Below, piece by piece: positions 9,957 to 20,303 of a DNA stretch of 64,000 bases. Each line of letters opens with the position of its first letter. Positions within the stretch are counted from its first letter, which is position 1. A model generated the notes under the pieces. It was given only the letters and a program-made list of their open reading frames with translations, did no database searches and had not been told where the DNA came from. The position numbers were made by a program, and so were the translations under genes. The stretch lies in the IMG/VR virus record IMGVR_UViG_3300011912_000001; one strand, 5' to 3'. Origin of the DNA: an uncultured virus (IMG/VR IMGVR_UViG_3300011912_000001) (Duplodnaviria; Heunggongvirae; Uroviricota; Caudoviricetes).

Positions 9957-10670
9957 TTAAGCGAGAATCGAGAACAAACGCTCTTCATATTCCTTCTCTG
10001 AAAACTCGTAACGTGTTGAGAACTCAGTACCCTGTTTCCGTAATGTTAAAACATTATTTTCAAGAGAGAAGTAAAAATCTTTCCCTAGGATAGGATATCC
10101 GACGACGTAACCGGCTTCGAGCAACGGAATGACGGCGACCGCATTGAAGTGGCGGGGTGGTGGAACGACAAAGCGGTTCCCTTCATCTGTGAGCATCTTC
10201 AAGGAGTGACCGGTGATAGGGTGTTCTTTTTTTTCTGTTTGTGGTCGCGGAACCGAAACTGGAGCTTCTGGCGTAACCGGTGTCAATTGAATCGGCGTCT
10301 GGGTTGAGAGTTCGACAGACCAACATGCATCAGGAATGAGATACTGAGAACCATGACCGAAGTCGATGATGCGCATTTCTTTTAACGCTTGCTTCAAGTT
10401 CTGTGGGGTATACGATAGAATTTCGTCGACGGTTTTTCCGTCAGCGGATGGGCGCATCGTCGAATGAATCATGAACGCATGAATGCGGTCGATGTTGATA
10501 TCGAGAGTTGCTTTATCAATCGCCCAACCCGGGAACTTATTGTAATGATGAAGCTTATAGTCCCGGTTCATATGAAGTACGCCATTAATGAGTTCTCCAA
10601 TTTTCTTTCCGCCTTGCGGAGAATTCACGAAAACACCACGTTGTGTGTTTGGAAAAAGTCCCATAAACAA
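9957..10670 (-). CDS. Hypothetical protein
   Basis: 237-aa ORF in operon; GGAGG upstream. Confidence 0.65.
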   Translation of the reverse strand: MFMGLFPNTQRGVFVNSPQGGKKIGELINGVLHMNRDYKLHHYNKFPGWAIDKATLDINIDRIHAFMIHSTMRPSADGKTVDEILSYTPQNLKQALKEMRIIDFGHGSQYLIPDACWSVELSTQTPIQLTPVTPEAPVSVPRPQTEKKEHPITGHSLKMLTDEGNRFVVPPPRHFNAVAVIPLLEAGYVVGYPILGKDFYFSLENNVLTLRKQGTEFSTRYEFSEKEYEERLFSILA

Positions 10671-10679
10671 AACCTCCGA

Positions 10680-10859
10680 TTAAGATAATGATTGTTGCTT
10701 GAGATATTCTTTAGTAATACGTGTTAAGTTGTCTCCATGCCGTACATACTGAGGATGTTGCGGTGGTGCAGGTCGTTTCTTTTTCAGTACGGTGTAGACG
10801 GTGATGGCGGCGACTTCATCAGCAATCGATAGAAGTCCTGCAACTAGCAATGGATTCAT
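10680..10859 (-). CDS. Small membrane-anchored hypothetical protein
   Basis: MNPLLVAG after GGAGG; hydrophobic segment then basic residues. Confidence 0.5.
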   Translation of the reverse strand: MNPLLVAGLLSIADEVAAITVYTVLKKKRPAPPQHPQYVRHGDNLTRITKEYLKQQSLS

Positions 10860-11512
10860 GTTAAGCCCTCCCAAAAATGAATGTGATTGACGTTGGTATC
10901 GTACGGATAGATATCTTTATAGGCTTGTTTCCAGTTATCTCGTACTGAGAGCGTCCAATGCATTTCCTGCATCAGCTTTTCAGGGTCAAGATGTTCCTTC
11001 AAACGTTGCCGTTGGTATCGTAAGCGCACCCGTGACATGCCTTTGTACAATCCATTCTTCTTTAGAAGCATGCGCATTTCATCCTGCCAAATTAACATGA
11101 GTAAAGCATCGGGTTCGTAATGAGGAGAAGTTCCGGCTTCTCGAACGATTTCCGCCCGAAGTCCATCTCCGCCATCGTAGACAACGATGATGCCCCAGTA
11201 ATAAGGAATGGTGTCTAACTTCGTCAAAAACTTTTCACCGATGACCAGATAGTTTTCCTTACAAAGCTTGGCATAACAGGGCTCTTGTCGAGCGAACCGA
11301 ACAAGTGAATCTTTGTCTGACTTGATTTCAATCCCAATCGGAAACGATGGTTGGATACCAAGGACATCAAGAACGATGTCACGGTAGGTAGGGCGTTGTC
11401 TTGGAAAATAAAGACTCGCCCCCACCTCTTGGAAGAACATCGCATCAGGATACAAACTATGCAAGAGACCGCTGATGACAGGGCGTATCATTTTATCAGT
11501 TGTATTCCGCAT
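10856..11512 (-). CDS. PD-(D/E)XK endonuclease-like protein (sce7726/MmcB-like)
   Basis: QEV...LDVLG...GIEIKSDKDSLVRFARQ...YWGII. Confidence 0.7.
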   Translation of the reverse strand: MRNTTDKMIRPVISGLLHSLYPDAMFFQEVGASLYFPRQRPTYRDIVLDVLGIQPSFPIGIEIKSDKDSLVRFARQEPCYAKLCKENYLVIGEKFLTKLDTIPYYWGIIVVYDGGDGLRAEIVREAGTSPHYEPDALLMLIWQDEMRMLLKKNGLYKGMSRVRLRYQRQRLKEHLDPEKLMQEMHWTLSVRDNWKQAYKDIYPYDTNVNHIHFWEGLT

Positions 11513-11515
11513 AGC

Positions 11516-13003
11516 TTATCCTGAAATCATCTGATTGTAGCGTTGAATTTGAGCTTCCGGGACTTCGCGGAAGTAAGACATTTGTGGAATGAAGTCAAAG
11601 AACAAACGTCCTTTGAAGGAACCGAACTTACTCTTTGCGACTTGCATCTCGTAGACTGGCATCTTCTGTTGGGTGTTCTCGTCCATCCAGAAAAGGTTAG
11701 CTTGTTGGTTTCGATAAGACACTTCATTGTAGGAAAGCAGAACGGCTTTCGCTTCATAGACAATCTTCCCAGACTCTTTGATGTCATCAAGAACCGGACG
11801 ACGGTTTCCGTTGAGCTTGCGGAATTCTGCTGTACAGAGCATCGGGCAATCGTACTTTGCACAAATACGAGACAGCTTGTCGGCAATGTGGTCGTACTTG
11901 ACGTTCCCTTCCGTGTAACCTTTCGCATCGACGGTGACGTCATGGAAGTTGTCGATGACGACGACGATTTGGTAAGCCGGGTCAATCATGTTCAACATGT
12001 TGACGTAATCATCAATCGTCTTCTCAATGAACTCGACGGAAGAACCCGCATTGACATCCATCATCGCAATGTTCAAAACGTTTTCTTCGATGTTCTTCCA
12101 GCCCGCTTCTGCTCGTTCCATTAAGCGAACGTCGTCTTTATGTTTAGCAGGGAAACGAACCGCATTAATCGGAATCTTTTGGTCGATGGCGACAAAGCGC
12201 GGAAGCAATTCCGTGATAGCATCATCGAGTGAGAAGTAAAGCACGAATGCTTTTTGAGGACGCATCGGTGTCGGTACACGGTTCGCTTGAGCGATTTGCC
12301 ATGCAAGTTGCATACAGATGGCAGACTTCGGATTGTTATTAACCTATGGCTTTTTATCCACAGCTCTGGAGGTTGCCCTCATTTTCATCGACCAGTCGGT
12401 TCTGGTCCAGCCTAGCATATATTTTCACCCTCGTTTAACGTTAGGTTCGATGGACATCACTCCATCTCATACCAACCTGTAGTTGGTAGTGGCGCGGCCT
12501 CGTGGGTCTATTATTTCAAGACCTATGCGTTGCCCCTGTGCTCCTTTTCAGGAATCGAATCAATTTTCAATCATCGACCACTTACGTGACACTTCGGTTC
12601 GGATTGTCCCAGTGGGAGTTCCCCGCTTCATTCCGCGCTAATCATCTCAGCGAGTTTCCCCGCTGGACGGCATAGATAACACTGCTTTTAGCAATGCTCA
12701 AATACCGATATTACTTTGTCCTCCAATTAAATGGACACCGGCATTGAGTCCCTCAAAAGCCTTGTTCATGCTTTCAAAGCCCCAATCCATACCACCCATT
12801 TCACCACGTTCGGCACAATACTTTTTGACATCTAGAATCGATTGACGCATCTGTTGAATCAAAGAGTTGTTCAAAGGATTAATCGTTTCTTTTAGCATTT
12901 CTGGTAAAGTGTTTTGAAAGGCAGAAGGAGCCGGTCGGACTTCGACCTCCTCCATGCCTGAATTCAATAAGTCTTCGATGTTTGGTATTTGGTTGTCGTT
13001 CAT
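11516..13003 (-). CDS. dnaB: DnaB-family replicative helicase; exons 13003-12704 and 12328-11516, 370 aa when spliced
   Basis: Joining exons restores Walker A GGQSNIG|KS in frame; LYFSLDD, VVIDNFH, DDIKESGKIVYEA, KSKFG SF4 motifs. Confidence 0.9.
12329..12703 (-). mobile_element. Group I intron, 375 nt, no internal ORF
   Basis: Exon 1 ends in U, intron ends in G; exon CGGU can pair with intron GCCG giving a U-G at the splice site; Q/R/S-like AAUCCGAACCGAAG, GCAACGCAUAG, AAUAUAUGCU with P7 GCAUA/UAUGC. Confidence 0.88.
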
Positions 13004-13017
13004 GAAAAGCGCCCCTT

Positions 13018-14058
13018 TTATGTTAAGTTACTGGCTTTGAAGAGGGGGCAATCTGAACCAATGCACGTGGAAATTTGAGACAGTGTAGAGCATCCATAAT
13101 TGACCTCCCTCTTAATGATGGATTGCATGGTGGTCTTGATTTCGGATTCTTTAAATCCTTCTTGGTTACCGCGTGCGTACCAAAGCATCAAGTTGTCCCA
13201 TATTTCCTGTTCAGTCATCCCTCGCTTAACGAAGAATGAAGTAAGGACGGCGACTGTATGATTGCGGTTACCTTTCGTTGGTCCTTGGTCAAGAAGCTCT
13301 TGCACACAGTGTGGTGTGAACTCTAATGTTTTCCCTTGGTTCCGACGATGACTATCAAACTTTGCTTGATACTTTTCTTTAAACTTTTCTTGATAGTCCT
13401 TATAAGCTTGATGGGCTTTTGGAATAAACATCGGCGGTGGATACGCAAGCTTATACGGTTGAACCGCTAATGCTTTGATTTCATCTGTAGTCAGCGTACA
13501 GAGCTGTTCATAGGTCAGTGGAATCTTGTAGAGCCCGGTCTTCTGATGAATCGAGTTCACCATCCGAAGTAAGCGACGGCGGTCATAAATCTGTAAATCT
13601 AAGGTGTCATTTGGAATCTGTTCGTAGACGTCTTTTGCAATCATCTTAAAGTACTCATTTAAGTTCTTGTGTGGTGTGATGCCAAAGACGCCAGCAGGAA
13701 TAAAAATATGGAAACCTTTGGAACCAGAAAAGTAGATGCGGAACATATCATCTGGGATGTTAAATTTAAACTTTTGCTTCATGTACCATATTGCCATGAT
13801 AGCATCTTTTTGAGAGTTGGATAAGTCTTCTTCATCATCGAAATCGAGATACATATCACCGTACAAATAAGCATTGTTGATGTCTTCAATATCATTGTAA
13901 AAGTAAGCAGAAAGATAAACGCCTGTGTTTTCAAAGTGTTGTCGGTATGCACCAATTTGGTCAGGGGTTAAAAAGTCATTACGACCAAAACGAGGAAGCG
14001 CGTGCGCCCCTTCAATGAATTGCATCTGTCCGATATTAATACTGTCGTGGGACTCCAT
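13018..14058 (-). CDS. Archaeo-eukaryotic primase with PriCT-like C-terminal domain
   Basis: YLDFD, FSGSKGFH, DLQIYDRRRLLRMVNS, GNRNHT, terminal Cys cluster. Confidence 0.85.
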   Translation of the reverse strand: MESHDSINIGQMQFIEGAHALPRFGRNDFLTPDQIGAYRQHFENTGVYLSAYFYNDIEDINNAYLYGDMYLDFDDEEDLSNSQKDAIMAIWYMKQKFKFNIPDDMFRIYFSGSKGFHIFIPAGVFGITPHKNLNEYFKMIAKDVYEQIPNDTLDLQIYDRRRLLRMVNSIHQKTGLYKIPLTYEQLCTLTTDEIKALAVQPYKLAYPPPMFIPKAHQAYKDYQEKFKEKYQAKFDSHRRNQGKTLEFTPHCVQELLDQGPTKGNRNHTVAVLTSFFVKRGMTEQEIWDNLMLWYARGNQEGFKESEIKTTMQSIIKREVNYGCSTLSQISTCIGSDCPLFKASNLT

Positions 14059-14749
14059 TTAGAAAACCTCCTTCTTCGCACACGTCACGACGAAGGAAAT
14101 ACAGCTCCGACGCCTCTTCTTCGAAATCAGAAAGACGAAGGGGGTTCTTCGGGTACGGTGCGTTCATTGCGTTATGGTGTGCCCATGATTCGTCTATCAT
14201 GAACAGAATCAATTCCACATCATGGTGTTTGAGTAAATATTCGTACGCTCCTTTAAGCTTAGGAGTCAATGTGTCTGGTTGTTCCATCTTTTGAGCGTAG
14301 TATGCATGCAAGTCCGCGATGGTAAACGACGTCTTGAACTCTAAGAAGAATGGGACTTCTGTTAAAATGATTTCTCCGTTCTCGATACGCATCGAAGGCG
14401 GTGGACTTGTAATTTGAAGATGAGGATGTACATAAGATTTGCCGACAACGAGCAAGTTGTTCGGGTCTCGTTTTAACGCGGTAGCTTTGTAAGGTGCGTC
14501 AAAGTATTCGAACATCTCATAGACTGAAGCTGTCATCTCCGGTGCTGTATGACTCGTGCGGTAATTTTCCATCAGAGCAAGTAATTCTTGTTCAGTGTGA
14601 CCACCATTCAGCAATGAAACAAATTCTTCAACTCGTCTCAACTTGAATGCTTTTGGGATAGAAAATTGACCGTTCTCAGGTTCTAATCCTTTGATGTCCG
14701 TTAAAAAGACTATCGTTAATTTAAAAGCGGGATTTGTATAATCTTTCAT
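14036..14749 (-). CDS. Hypothetical protein of the replication operon
   Basis: Start MKDY after AAGGAGG; overlaps primase start. Confidence 0.7.
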   Translation of the reverse strand: MKDYTNPAFKLTIVFLTDIKGLEPENGQFSIPKAFKLRRVEEFVSLLNGGHTEQELLALMENYRTSHTAPEMTASVYEMFEYFDAPYKATALKRDPNNLLVVGKSYVHPHLQITSPPPSMRIENGEIILTEVPFFLEFKTSFTIADLHAYYAQKMEQPDTLTPKLKGAYEYLLKHHDVELILFMIDESWAHHNAMNAPYPKNPLRLSDFEEEASELYFLRRDVCEEGGFLNGVPRQY

Positions 14750-14796
14750 AAGAACCTCCTTTGAAAAAGCAGAGGGCACGAATGCCCTCCGACTAA

Positions 14797-15702
14797 TTAC
14801 GAACGTACTACTTTTGTTTCAAGGAATGCATTTACTTCTTTGACGTTATCCGGTTTGACATCCAGATACGTCTTCTCTGGGTCTTGGAAGAACTCTGCCA
14901 TGAATGGATTAAGTTCAGCATTCGTTGTGATGCCTAATTCCTGTTTCAGGCGTTTCAAGTTTTGAACGTCTTCAGGTGCCCAACTGACAGATTTCTCTGT
15001 TGGTTCTGCAACCGAACGAGGTTGTTCGATAGAAGAAGTAACAGGAGCTTCTACAGAGTCTTGGACGAATTTTGGAGGTGTTTCCGCTTTGGTTCCTTTT
15101 GATGCAGGTGTTGGAGCCGGAGCTTCTTCTTTTTCATAAGAAGGTTGTTCTACTTGCATGTAGTCTTCAATGTTATGGTAGCCTTCGACAAGCCCATCAG
15201 CGTCTCCATACAATTCAAGACCGACACCATAGAGGCTGGCACACTTCTTGAGGGCGTCGGTAGCCGCCGCTTTCGAAGCATGTTCTTGTTCCGTGGCGCC
15301 ACCAATCAAGACTTTGGTACCGTATTGTTCTTTGACACCCATACCGGGGACGGTCATGCGTCCCTTGACCCGGACATAAGGGGGCTGTGCGTCATACAAT
15401 AGATTCCCTTGGGCATCCGTTTCATGGACTTTGACATTGCGTCCATTCTGCTTCTCCCATTTGATACGAGCTTTTGGAAGCGAATCGATGAGTTCCTCTT
15501 CTAAAATCTCAAATGACCATGCGCCATTGAAAGCTTTATTCAATAGACGAATGACGATGTGACCGCCGATATACTTGAGGGTCGCGGTCCCTTGTTTGCG
15601 TTCTTCAATCCACTTTGGATTAAGCTCCGTGTCGAACAGTTTCAATGCGTGGTCCTTGTCATACGGTAGGTTCGTTTCATCGAAATTAGACATGTAATAC
15701 AT
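14797..15702 (-). CDS. Rad52/Sak-like single-strand annealing protein
   Basis: YIGGHIVIRLLNKAF..WSFEI and KAAATDALKKCASLYGVGLELY. Confidence 0.82.
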   Translation of the reverse strand: MYYMSNFDETNLPYDKDHALKLFDTELNPKWIEERKQGTATLKYIGGHIVIRLLNKAFNGAWSFEILEEELIDSLPKARIKWEKQNGRNVKVHETDAQGNLLYDAQPPYVRVKGRMTVPGMGVKEQYGTKVLIGGATEQEHASKAAATDALKKCASLYGVGLELYGDADGLVEGYHNIEDYMQVEQPSYEKEEAPAPTPASKGTKAETPPKFVQDSVEAPVTSSIEQPRSVAEPTEKSVSWAPEDVQNLKRLKQELGITTNAELNPFMAEFFQDPEKTYLDVKPDNVKEVNAFLETKVVRS

Positions 15703-15752
15703 CCTCCTTAAAATTTAAAACCTTTAGATATGAAATTAGACAAACGTAAAAA

Positions 15753-15772
15753 GAAGCCGCGTAGCGGCGGCT
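15753..15772 (-). promoter_or_regulatory. AGCCG-hairpin motif, copy 1
   Basis: Plus strand GAAG-CCGC-GTA-GCGG-CGGCT; on the minus strand it follows a TAAAAT box. Confidence 0.65.
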
Positions 15773-15914
15773 ATATCTTTATTTTAGACCTTCTAAAAGG
15801 GAAAAGATAGTGTCAAAAGTTTTCTGAATTTAGAAATTAAAGGTTGACTATTGAGAACCAAGAGTTTGTACTCAAGGTGGCAAGAGACATATTAGGTTTT
15901 GGGAGGGAATAGCA

Positions 15915-17261
15915 GTGGCAGAAGAATTTGACAAGGTAGTTCTTGACACCAATGTATTACTAGACCGTAACATCGAAAACATTATGGACGGTTTCACGGA
16001 ACCAACGATGGTCATCCTACCTCATGTAGTATTAAAAGAACTCGATACGTTTAAAAAAGGATTCGAGACGAAAAACGAGCTTGCTCGTACAGCCACACGT
16101 TTCCTAGACAAGTTACGCAAGCAAGGAAAGAACGAACAAGGTTCGTATGCTTACAAGGAGCATGTCGTCTTCATTGATATTGATACGAATGAACTGGATT
16201 TAGGAAAACCCGATTATCTTATCATTGAGACAGCTCGCAAGCATGGGGCACGCCTTATCAGCCAAGACATCAACGCACGAGTTGTTGCCGACGCCGTCAG
16301 CGTCGATAGCGATAACTTTGCTCCAGAAGATGTCGACGTCAACATGTTGTATACAGGATACGCACGATTCACGGCACCAACGGATGCAGAGTATATGCGT
16401 CTATGGGCAGATGGCATTCCAGTGGAACAAGGCAGTTACTTCCACAATGAATTCGTCGTCGTCGAAGCCGGTGGAGGCACGGTCCCGAACGGACTAGGTA
16501 TCTACGATGCAAAACGTGAAAGAATTGTTGCCGTCAACACGGAGCAAAAAGCATGGAAGATTAAGTCTCGTACGAATCTTCAAGAAGTCGATGAACAAAA
16601 CATGTTACTTTATCTTCTATTGAATCAAGACATTCAATTTGTTTCAGCGATTGGGCCAAGTGGTTGCGGGAAAACATTGTTAACATTAGCAACAGCACTT
16701 GAACAAGTCATGAAAAAAGATGTCTATAAAAAGATTGTCGTCATGCGTCCGTTAACAGCGGTCGGAGACGATATCGGATTCTTACCGGGAGATAAAAAAG
16801 AAAAGTTACGTTCATGGATGGCTTCGACATATGATGCAATGGATGTTCTGCTTGATAACGAAAGTGATTACTTATATATGAAAGACGGCGACTTACAGCC
16901 GAATGGATTCTCGACAGAAGATAAAGTTGATTTCTTGATTGATAGCGGTGTACTCGAACTCGAAGCGATGACATACATCCGGGGTCGGTCACTGTCAAAC
17001 CAAATTCTTATCGTCGATGACGCCCAAAACCTAACACGTCAACAAGCCGCAACTATTATCACGCGGGCAGGAAAGGGAACAAAAGTCGTATTCCTTGGAG
17101 ACTTATCGGAGAAACAAATCGATAACTGGCGCCTGACGCCAAACTCCAATGGACTTGCTTACGTCATCGATAAGTTCAAAGGACAAGATATCGTAGGGCA
17201 TGTCACACTCTCGACGGTTGTTCGCTCTGAGCTCGCACAACTAGGAGTGGAATTATTGTGA
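15915..17261 (+). CDS. phoH: PIN-PhoH (PhoH2-like) protein
   Basis: VLDTNVLL PIN motif; GPSGCGKT; GFLPG; YIRGRSL; DDAQNLT. Confidence 0.9.
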   Translation: MAEEFDKVVLDTNVLLDRNIENIMDGFTEPTMVILPHVVLKELDTFKKGFETKNELARTATRFLDKLRKQGKNEQGSYAYKEHVVFIDIDTNELDLGKPDYLIIETARKHGARLISQDINARVVADAVSVDSDNFAPEDVDVNMLYTGYARFTAPTDAEYMRLWADGIPVEQGSYFHNEFVVVEAGGGTVPNGLGIYDAKRERIVAVNTEQKAWKIKSRTNLQEVDEQNMLLYLLLNQDIQFVSAIGPSGCGKTLLTLATALEQVMKKDVYKKIVVMRPLTAVGDDIGFLPGDKKEKLRSWMASTYDAMDVLLDNESDYLYMKDGDLQPNGFSTEDKVDFLIDSGVLELEAMTYIRGRSLSNQILIVDDAQNLTRQQAATIITRAGKGTKVVFLGDLSEKQIDNWRLTPNSNGLAYVIDKFKGQDIVGHVTLSTVVRSELAQLGVELL

Positions 17262-17440
17262 CAAAGAAGAAAAAACGAGTGGAGCGCCTGACGACGGAAT
17301 TCGTCCGTTGGGTTCTCTGTCTCGAATGTGACCACAAGTACTTTATTGAAGATGAAGTCCCGCGCAAGAATCGTTGCCCGGTATGTGGTTCGTATGAATA
17401 CGAAGAAGAGAATGAGAGTGGATTCGAAGAATTTTATTAA
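17258..17440 (+). CDS. Small zinc-ribbon protein
   Basis: CLEC...CPVCGS. Confidence 0.6.
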   Translation: MTKKKKRVERLTTEFVRWVLCLECDHKYFIEDEVPRKNRCPVCGSYEYEEENESGFEEFY

Positions 17441-17468
17441 AAGATAAGATAACATATTGGGAGGTTTA

Positions 17469-18047
17469 ATGATGGAAGAATTATCAGTTTCAATTAAAGA
17501 AGATGTCAAACCTAGTAGACGAATTTACTTAACAGGTGTGTTTGATGAAAGTTCAATTCAAAACATCATTAAAACTATCTTTGATATGAATGAGCAAGAT
17601 GATAAAGGCGAACGAGAAGTCGTCGGATTCGTCCGTCAACCGATTGAGATGTATATCAATAGTCCGGGTGGGTCCGTCTATGAATGCATTGGTTTAATCA
17701 ATGTGATGGAAAACTCCAAGACGCCGATTCATACATACGTCTGGACGAAAGCGATGTCTGCTGGGTTCTGGACATTCATCTCAGGACATAAACGATTCGT
17801 TCACCCACGAGCTTCTTTGATGGTCCATGATATGGCATATGGTGTTGGCGGAAAGAATGCTGAAATCAAAGAAGAAATTGAACAATCGGATGTCCTATGG
17901 AAAATTCTTGAGAACATCATCTTAGAAAAAACAAAGATTACAAAAAAGAAAATTGATAAGATGCTAGAGAAAAAACTCGATTGGCATATGCTAGGACAAG
18001 AAGCTATCAAGTATGGCGTCGCCGACGAATTGATTAAGAAGGACTGA
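17469..18047 (+). CDS. clpP: ClpP-like protease
   Basis: MYINSPGGSV, AMSAG (catalytic Ser), MVH, AIKYGVADE. Confidence 0.88.
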   Translation: MMEELSVSIKEDVKPSRRIYLTGVFDESSIQNIIKTIFDMNEQDDKGEREVVGFVRQPIEMYINSPGGSVYECIGLINVMENSKTPIHTYVWTKAMSAGFWTFISGHKRFVHPRASLMVHDMAYGVGGKNAEIKEEIEQSDVLWKILENIILEKTKITKKKIDKMLEKKLDWHMLGQEAIKYGVADELIKKD

Positions 18048-18052
18048 ACGCT

Positions 18053-18235
18053 ATGATATTAAAAGTCACAGTCCTTCCTGAGGAATGGATGCGGGCGACA
18101 CCCAACCAACGGAAGGTCATCAAAGAAGCATTAGAAGCTCGTACCGGAAAAATGTTAACAGACCATCTCGATTCCATTGAAGCGACGTGTAACGATTTGT
18201 ACCATGTGTTTTATGGAGAAGAGGAGAAAGCATGA
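18053..18235 (+). CDS. Hypothetical protein
   Basis: Fills the operon gap in the same orientation. Confidence 0.5.
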   Translation: MILKVTVLPEEWMRATPNQRKVIKEALEARTGKMLTDHLDSIEATCNDLYHVFYGEEEKA

Positions 18236-18549
18236 AGAAAGACCAAGACTTATTTCAGTTTTTGGCTCAGCATGGATTAGCAAAAGAGGTGGAAGGAGAG
18301 GATGTCGAAAAGCGGCATACCTCTTTCCTTCGTGTCAATGCACCCAATGAGCGACGGTTGATTCATTGTAAAGGATGTGGGGGGCCCATCATCCATTTAG
18401 CTGGAGACTTGAACAATGAAAATCAGTCAACGTATGAACGGACGATTGAATTCCATATGACTTGCTATCAAAAAGCAATTGAAGCAATGAATCGTTTAGA
18501 GAAGGATGTGAACTATAAAGATGAACGACGTCAAGACTTTAACGATTGA
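18232..18549 (+). CDS. Hypothetical protein (CxxC, HxxC)
   Basis: RBS and overlap with neighbours. Confidence 0.55.
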   Translation: MKKDQDLFQFLAQHGLAKEVEGEDVEKRHTSFLRVNAPNERRLIHCKGCGGPIIHLAGDLNNENQSTYERTIEFHMTCYQKAIEAMNRLEKDVNYKDERRQDFND

Positions 18550-19324
18550 ACAAGTCTTTGATTACTTACGGTGTCCACTTCAGTATCACATCAAACATGA
18601 ACGCCAACTGGAAGTGTTAAAAGAAGACCGGAAGCAAGACATCGCATTCAAAGAAGCCTTCCATCAAACCATCTACTATTATTTCAACAGTTTACAAGCG
18701 AAGCATGTGCCTTCGTTGAAACAAATGTATGAGAAGTTTGCGAAACTCTGGCATGAGAAAAGCGATATCGAGATTGAAGGTGTGTTCGTCAATGATTTGG
18801 CGCAATCGACACGAGATGCTCGCATTCGCAAAGAAAAGTATTTGCATAAAGGATATAAGTTGATTAAACAGTTTTATGAGAAGTCAGCAAAAGAAGAGTA
18901 CATCCCGATTGCCGTCAATCATGAGTACCGGATTTCGTTCGGGAACTTGAACATTGTCGGGAAGTTCGAATTAATTCGAGAACGGGTTGACAAAGAAACG
19001 CAAAGTCGTTTTATTGAGGTAGTAGATTTCCGCACCGGGCTGACGAAACCTGAAGGATTCTTCTTACGACATGACTTGAATGCGACGTTCATGCATTATG
19101 CGTTCACTGCTAGTTTCAAGAAGATGCCAGATGCGTTCATCATGGATTACATCGGCGCCGGTAAAGAAATCGTATTTGAAAGAAATGAAAATGATTACAA
19201 GCGACTCGTATCGGTATTGAAAGGGGTAGCGAACGGTATCGACGGCGATGACATCTTCCCACGTCATGGCTATCACTGTAAGCAATGTCCATTCCAATCG
19301 GTATGTGACCGCTGGACATTCTAA
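18521..19324 (+). CDS. RecB/AddB-like PD-(D/E)XK nuclease-fold protein with degenerate catalytic motifs
   Basis: YLRCPLQY, GKFELIR, VVDFRTG, C-terminal CxxCxxxxxC. Confidence 0.75.
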   Translation: MNDVKTLTIEQVFDYLRCPLQYHIKHERQLEVLKEDRKQDIAFKEAFHQTIYYYFNSLQAKHVPSLKQMYEKFAKLWHEKSDIEIEGVFVNDLAQSTRDARIRKEKYLHKGYKLIKQFYEKSAKEEYIPIAVNHEYRISFGNLNIVGKFELIRERVDKETQSRFIEVVDFRTGLTKPEGFFLRHDLNATFMHYAFTASFKKMPDAFIMDYIGAGKEIVFERNENDYKRLVSVLKGVANGIDGDDIFPRHGYHCKQCPFQSVCDRWTF

Positions 19325-19337
19325 GGAGGAACCAATC

Positions 19338-19607
19338 ATGGCACCACGTAAAAAGAAAGTTGAAGTTCAAGAAGGCGAATTCAAAGAAGCAGAAGTAGCA
19401 CAAGAAGCTCCAGTAGAAGCTCCTGCTGAAGAACAAGAAATCGGTATTGAAAAAGGTATTCTTATAGGGGTAACTGAAGATGGGCGACTCTTCCATAAAT
19501 ATGTAGGAGCGAAGGATATGCAAATCCATGAAGCAGAAGGCTTACGGGAATACTTAGGGCGTGTACTGGATAGCCGCTGGAAAGAAATCTTAGGAGACCG
19601 TACATGA
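19338..19607 (+). CDS. Hypothetical protein
   Basis: Start MAPRKK after AAGGAGG. Confidence 0.6.
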   Translation: MAPRKKKVEVQEGEFKEAEVAQEAPVEAPAEEQEIGIEKGILIGVTEDGRLFHKYVGAKDMQIHEAEGLREYLGRVLDSRWKEILGDRT

Positions 19608-20056
19608 CATCGATTACATCCCAGTACAAAGAAGCATTCGGATTGAATGCACGAGATAGTATTTACTTGGATAGTGCGTATACGACACTCAAGAACAAAG
19701 CGGATTCGGCTGACCGGTTTATCGTCGTCAATGAGATGTCCCGTCAACGCTTTAAAAGCACAGCCATTTTGTTACTAGCGATTGAAGAAGGATATGATAT
19801 CTTCGTACCGGTAGCGACAATGAAACAAATCACGGAACAGAATATCCGTCGTATTACAAACAAGCTGGGTCTTGAAGCAGATGTTCAAGTACATACATTA
19901 AACGGTACGACACATCGGGAACGCAATCGAAAGTTCTTGATTGATGAACTCGCAACGATTTCACATCGCCTGTTTAAAGAATTGAATGAAGCAGTAGTCG
20001 GCGGATTCATCAGCCAGCAATGCTATAAAGAATTGGTATTCGAGGGGCTCTTGTAA
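19604..20056 (+). CDS. Hypothetical protein, possibly degenerate P-loop fold
   Basis: SRQRFKST and FLIDE motifs. Confidence 0.5.
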   Translation: MTSITSQYKEAFGLNARDSIYLDSAYTTLKNKADSADRFIVVNEMSRQRFKSTAILLLAIEEGYDIFVPVATMKQITEQNIRRITNKLGLEADVQVHTLNGTTHRERNRKFLIDELATISHRLFKELNEAVVGGFISQQCYKELVFEGLL

Positions 20057-20071
20057 GCCCCTTTCTTTCTA

Positions 20072-20100
20072 GTGAAAGTTTAACAAATATGGAATATAAT
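20072..20100 (+). promoter_or_regulatory. sigmaA-type promoter candidate
   Basis: GTGAAA-17nt-TATAAT just after a terminator-like hairpin and before an RBS. Confidence 0.55.
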
Positions 20101-20117
20101 AAAAGGAGGACGTAGAA

Positions 20118-20303
20118 ATGCTACGTATCAAAAACAGTAAGGGTAAAAAAGTGATGGAGATTTTAGATGACGGCAATGTCAATGTTTTCTCTGAGAAGTT
20201 GAAAAAAGAATTGGTTGAGTTCGAAGAAGTGATTGAAGATAAGACCGATGAAGAAGAAGTAACAGAAGAAGAAACAGAGGAAGAGGAATCAGAAGATGAA
20301 TGA
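20118..20303 (+). CDS. Small acidic protein
   Basis: AAAGGAGG RBS; Glu-rich tail. Confidence 0.6.
   Translation: MLRIKNSKGKKVMEILDDGNVNVFSEKLKKELVEFEEVIEDKTDEEEVTEEETEEEESEDE

Noticed and set aside
12698..13003. Independent 101-aa gene or dnaB pseudogene
   Set aside because: Better explained as exon 1 of an intron-split helicase
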